Assembly: GCA_963662655.2 (NCBI GenBank)
Contig: CAXXTU010000002.1
Span: 992,001 to 1,056,000 of the forward strand
Length of the DNA: 64,000 nucleotides
Direction: 5' to 3'
Source of the DNA: Candidatus Cloacimonadales bacterium
GTDB lineage: Bacteria; Cloacimonadota; Cloacimonadia; Cloacimonadales; JAIOQZ01
Each line of letters opens with the position of its first letter. The stretch's first letter is position 1. Positions 60,481 through 64,000 of this stretch are shown piece by piece. Both the position numbers and the translations under genes were made by a program. A model generated the notes under the pieces. That model was not told the origin of the DNA. It ran no database searches and saw only the letters and a program-made list of their open reading frames with translations.

Positions 60481-61719
60481 ATGAAACGATTCATGCTGCT
60501 ACTGCTGATCCTTGCTGTCGCGGGATTCGCAACGCTTTCGGCGAAATCCTTTATGGGGGTATTCACGAGCACGCTCGATGAAGATGATTATGAGGAACTG
60601 GGCGTCAAGGGACAATACGGCATTCTCATCGAAGAGGTGATCGACGATACACCCGCCGACAAAGCTGGCTTCGAAGATGGAGACGTGCTGCTCGAAATGA
60701 ACGGCGACAAAATCTACACAAGCGATCAACTGACCAAGATGCTCACGATGATCGATCCGGGCACGAAGGTTAAATGCCAAATCGTCCGCGACAAGAAAGA
60801 ACAAACTCTCAAACTCGAGATCGGTGAACGCAGCGATTACACTGCCAAGAAGCCTTTCATCGGGATCAACATGAGCAATCTCAAGGCCTCAACGCTGGAG
60901 AAAAAAGGCGTCACAGAAGGCTACGGCATCCTTCTCACCGGCATCGTCGAAGACTCGGCGGCTGAAGAAGCCGGCCTCATGAAAGACGATGTCCTGCTCA
61001 AGATCGATGACAACAAGATATACACGATCGACCAGCTTGGAAAAATCGTCGACCAGATGAAGATCGGACAAAAATCGAAGTTTCAGGTCTACCGCGATGG
61101 CGACCGCAAGACGCTCGATGTTACCATTGGCGAGAAAGAGCTCGGATTCAGTCGCAAGAACCTGTGGTTCAATAACATCCCGAAATCCATCAAGATATTC
61201 AAGGATTTCGACAAGCACCCAAATGCGATCGGATTCACGCTGCAGAGCGAAAACGTGAAAGACGGTAAGGCCGAAAGCGTGACCATCACACGAATCGAGA
61301 AAGATTCCCCGGCGGATAAAGCTGGCCTGAAGGTCGATGACATGATTCTCAGCATCGAAGGCAAGTCCGTGAACGAAATCGACGATATCCACAACGTACT
61401 CGACGACAAGAAGCCCGGCGACATGGTCGAGCTGAAAATCAAGCGTGACGGAACTGAAATGACCCTGAAAGCTGAGGTGAAAACCCGCAAAGATATCTAC
61501 GGCGATGACGATATCCAGATTTTCTACGATGACGGCGAAATGATCATCGAGCGAAACGGTGAGAAGATCGAAGTTGATAGCTCCGAATATATCAAGAAGA
61601 TCCAGGGAATCGAAAACCTCGAAGGTAATCTCAAGAACCTCGAGAAGATTCAGAAATTTGAGAACATAGATTTCGATTTCGACTTTGATTTCGAGTATGT
61701 GGATTCCGGTGTTATATAA
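60481..61719 (+). CDS. Secreted triple-PDZ protein
   Basis: Signal peptide; three PADKAG/AAEEAG PDZ repeats; no protease domain. Confidence 0.88.
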   Translation: MKRFMLLLLILAVAGFATLSAKSFMGVFTSTLDEDDYEELGVKGQYGILIEEVIDDTPADKAGFEDGDVLLEMNGDKIYTSDQLTKMLTMIDPGTKVKCQIVRDKKEQTLKLEIGERSDYTAKKPFIGINMSNLKASTLEKKGVTEGYGILLTGIVEDSAAEEAGLMKDDVLLKIDDNKIYTIDQLGKIVDQMKIGQKSKFQVYRDGDRKTLDVTIGEKELGFSRKNLWFNNIPKSIKIFKDFDKHPNAIGFTLQSENVKDGKAESVTITRIEKDSPADKAGLKVDDMILSIEGKSVNEIDDIHNVLDDKKPGDMVELKIKRDGTEMTLKAEVKTRKDIYGDDDIQIFYDDGEMIIERNGEKIEVDSSEYIKKIQGIENLEGNLKNLEKIQKFENIDFDFDFDFEYVDSGVI

Positions 61720-61782
61720 CCGCCTGAAGGCTCTTTGGACGGTTGAATAAATCCTCCCTCTCCAAATGCATATCCAAATGAT

Positions 61783-61805
61783 AGCCGGCTCCCCGCCGGC
61801 TTTTT
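61783..61805 (+). terminator. Intrinsic terminator
   Basis: agccggc-tcccc-gccggc followed by a T run. Confidence 0.75.
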
Positions 61806-61819
61806 CTTTGCCCGTACAA

Positions 61820-62094
61820 ATTCGGAAGCAGATTCGCTCGCTCCGACGAGAAGACGTGGTGTTATACGGTTTTTCGTTTGAAGTGCCAAAAATTCTTCTG
61901 GCACTTCAAACGGAAAATCCTCTCTGAGAACAATTTCCGCCTCTACTGATTTTCAAGTTTGTGGTCCATCGAAGCGGAAATTGTATTACACATCGTGAAG
62001 CGCGTGTATGTTTATTTTCCTGAGTGAGAAAATGTCGCGCTGACCGATGTGTTATATCCACGGCGGAGCAAGGTCGGGCGAAGATGCGACGAAT
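61820..62094 (+). repeat. Dispersed structured element, copy 4 (expanded or composite)
   Basis: 5' arm AGCAGATTCG...CGTGGTGTTATAC at about 61827-61867 and 3' arm GTGTTATATCCACG...GCGAAGATGC at about 62049-62087; internal 14-bp IR at 61875-61912. Confidence 0.7.
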
Positions 62095-62126
62095 GCCAAG
62101 GCTTGGAAACGCCTTGCTTCAAGTAC

Positions 62127-64000
62127 CTAGCGGAAATCGCTACCGATCTGCACATACCACTCCATCTTTCCGGAGTCCGAAGTGCCGTCCATTATCATGA
62201 GTTCAACCGGCCCGATGGGCGTTTTCGCCCCGATGCTCAAGCCGTATCCCGCCAGATATCCATCCGCTTTGGTAAACAGGTGGGTGTATTCGTTACACGC
62301 CTTTCCGGCCCCAATACGTCCAGCAAGGAAAATATTCTTCCAAGCCTCGTAGCGGATGCCCATATCGTACGAAAGTGCGCACTTTCCCACCTTGTGCATC
62401 CAATCAAGACCGAGCATGGGAATGAAGCGCGACTCGTGGTAGTGCTGCCCACCCAGGAAGAAATCGAACTCGTCCGGAACCTGATCGCCAACTACGCCCC
62501 CGCTGTATGCGTTGAGCAGGAACGACCATTTCTCCTTGATCGGAAAGATGTTCCTCGTTCGCCCATAGTAACGCTTGAAATGGAACTGCTCATCTTCAGA
62601 ACCAGAGCCATAATCCATTATTCCATAGTATCCACGCGCTTCGATGTAAAACTCGATGCCATCGCGGGGAAAAACCGAACGATCATACGTATCCGCATTG
62701 AGGAATCCAAAGTAATCGATGAAAGACGACTTAATCTCGTCGGGGAAATACTCAACCGTCCTCGCCTTCAAATCCATCTCGGACTGAAACAGCTCGATTC
62801 CCAGTCCCGCAGTAATCCTGTTGTCGTTCACAGTTTGCACCGTAAACTGTTGGCCATACATCTCGTAATCGTAGAACGCGTATCGCTGCCCGTCCTCTCC
62901 ATACAGCCAGATATCAAACGATTCCCCGTTTATGGACCCCTTGAGGCCAAGTCCGGGCTCCCATCCAGGATAATAGAAATATTCCGTGTTCCAGGCGTAG
63001 TTGTCGCTCAGCTTCAGATCGAACGAAAGCCGCGATCCATCCAGCAATAGGTTCTTGAACGACAAATTCAGCATCAATGCCGCCTTCAGATCGCTGTTGT
63101 AATTGACCCCTGCGCGTAATTCACCACTCTTCTTCTCGATCGCCTTGATGATTAGCACCACTCCGTCCTCAGCAGGTGAAAGCCGGTAGTTCACCAGCTC
63201 GAAGTATCTCGTTCCATACAATCGATCGATCGCCTCCTCGATGTCCTTCGTCGTAACCCACGTATCCGGCTCAATCTGGAGACTCGCCAGCACGACCTTC
63301 TCCGATATCTGATCCAGCCCTTCCGAGGTTATCTCCGAGATGTAGATAGCGTCCGGCACCACGAGCTTTTCCTGCTCGGGGGGAGCGGGATACTTCTTCT
63401 GCTCTTCGACAATCGCCTTCAATTCGGAGTATTGCTCGAATACCGCATTGATGCCATGCGCGATCAGCGAATCGGACTTCTGGAAGTCCATGAAATTGTA
63501 TCCCGGTAGCTTGGGCTCGATATAAACATCGACGTATGGCAATTGCTCGTCCAGGCAGTTGATACTGTGAAAGGATATTGTTTGCGCAAGAATATTCAGG
63601 AACGAGTCCAACTCGTCCTCAGTCGCCATGTTGCCGCTCACATCCACGGCGATCACGATATCCGCTCCCATCGCGGAAACGTACTCGGCCGGAAGATTGC
63701 AAGAGAGCCCCCCATCCACCAAGGTTTTCCCGTTCAGCTTGATCGGTATGAACATGGATGGGATCGACATGCTGGCTCGCATCGCGTCGGGAAGGTATCC
63801 CTTGTCCAGGATCACCGGCTTGCCCGATTCAATGTCGGTCGCGATGCATAAAAACGGTATGGGGAGTTGATTGAAATCGCTGATATGGTGCGTCGCGACG
63901 GTTAGTCGAGTCAGGATTTCATATAGCTTTTGCCCGGTGAGGAGTCCCTGCGGAAGCTTGATACCGAAACCTTCGATCGGGAATACAAATGGAAACGCCG
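62127..64000 (-). CDS. Patatin-like phospholipase with POTRA and C-terminal beta-barrel (PlpD-like); 5' end beyond the window
   Basis: Frame is open to the window end (FNQLPIPFLCIATD); AMRASMSIP, LVDGG, IDRLYGTRYF and C-terminal TPIGPV...YVQIGSDF. Confidence 0.88.
   Translation of the reverse strand, partial: AFPFVFPIEGFGIKLPQGLLTGQKLYEILTRLTVATHHISDFNQLPIPFLCIATDIESGKPVILDKGYLPDAMRASMSIPSMFIPIKLNGKTLVDGGLSCNLPAEYVSAMGADIVIAVDVSGNMATEDELDSFLNILAQTISFHSINCLDEQLPYVDVYIEPKLPGYNFMDFQKSDSLIAHGINAVFEQYSELKAIVEEQKKYPAPPEQEKLVVPDAIYISEITSEGLDQISEKVVLASLQIEPDTWVTTKDIEEAIDRLYGTRYFELVNYRLSPAEDGVVLIIKAIEKKSGELRAGVNYNSDLKAALMLNLSFKNLLLDGSRLSFDLKLSDNYAWNTEYFYYPGWEPGLGLKGSINGESFDIWLYGEDGQRYAFYDYEMYGQQFTVQTVNDNRITAGLGIELFQSEMDLKARTVEYFPDEIKSSFIDYFGFLNADTYDRSVFPRDGIEFYIEARGYYGIMDYGSGSEDEQFHFKRYYGRTRNIFPIKEKWSFLLNAYSGGVVGDQVPDEFDFFLGGQHYHESRFIPMLGLDWMHKVGKCALSYDMGIRYEAWKNIFLAGRIGAGKACNEYTHLFTKADGYLAGYGLSIGAKTPIGPVELMIMDGTSDSGKMEWYVQIGSDFR

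Noticed and set aside
14955..62094. Hairpin family considered as a CRISPR array, integron attC array or SECIS
   Set aside because: The copies are dispersed, not regularly spaced. There are no cas or integrase genes, no terminal RYYYAAC/GTTRRRY boxes, and no UGA-interrupted gene adjacent.

Overview
A 64-kb chromosomal window from a diderm, probably anaerobic bacterium. The many secreted proteins ending in an 'NYPNPFNP...GVYxYRL...KMLLLK' FlgD-Ig/Por-type tail suggest a Cloacimonadota-like or FCB-related lineage (inference). Housekeeping and cofactor genes: secA 5' end, fdhD, a cysteine desulfurase-SelD fusion, mobB, tRNA-Arg(CCT), mfd, lpxH, a cyclophilin, hypFCDEA, pepA, glycerate kinase with GntP permease, nadA, zur-znuA-znuC, an ECF sigma/anti-sigma/PDZ trio and a patatin-POTRA-barrel gene. 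Accessory content: two clusters of sorting-tail surface proteins (one bracketed by a ~100-bp duplication of the pepA 3' end), an uncharacterised four-gene membrane cluster, a surface-glycosylation operon containing nadA and a CoA-ligase-like gene, and a C39 peptidase with two small putative substrates. The most striking unexplained signal is a family of four dispersed intergenic long hairpins (14955, 18001, 56768, 61820) with conserved internal-loop motifs and compensatory base changes. Three genes are split at homopolymer runs, which may be assembly errors.
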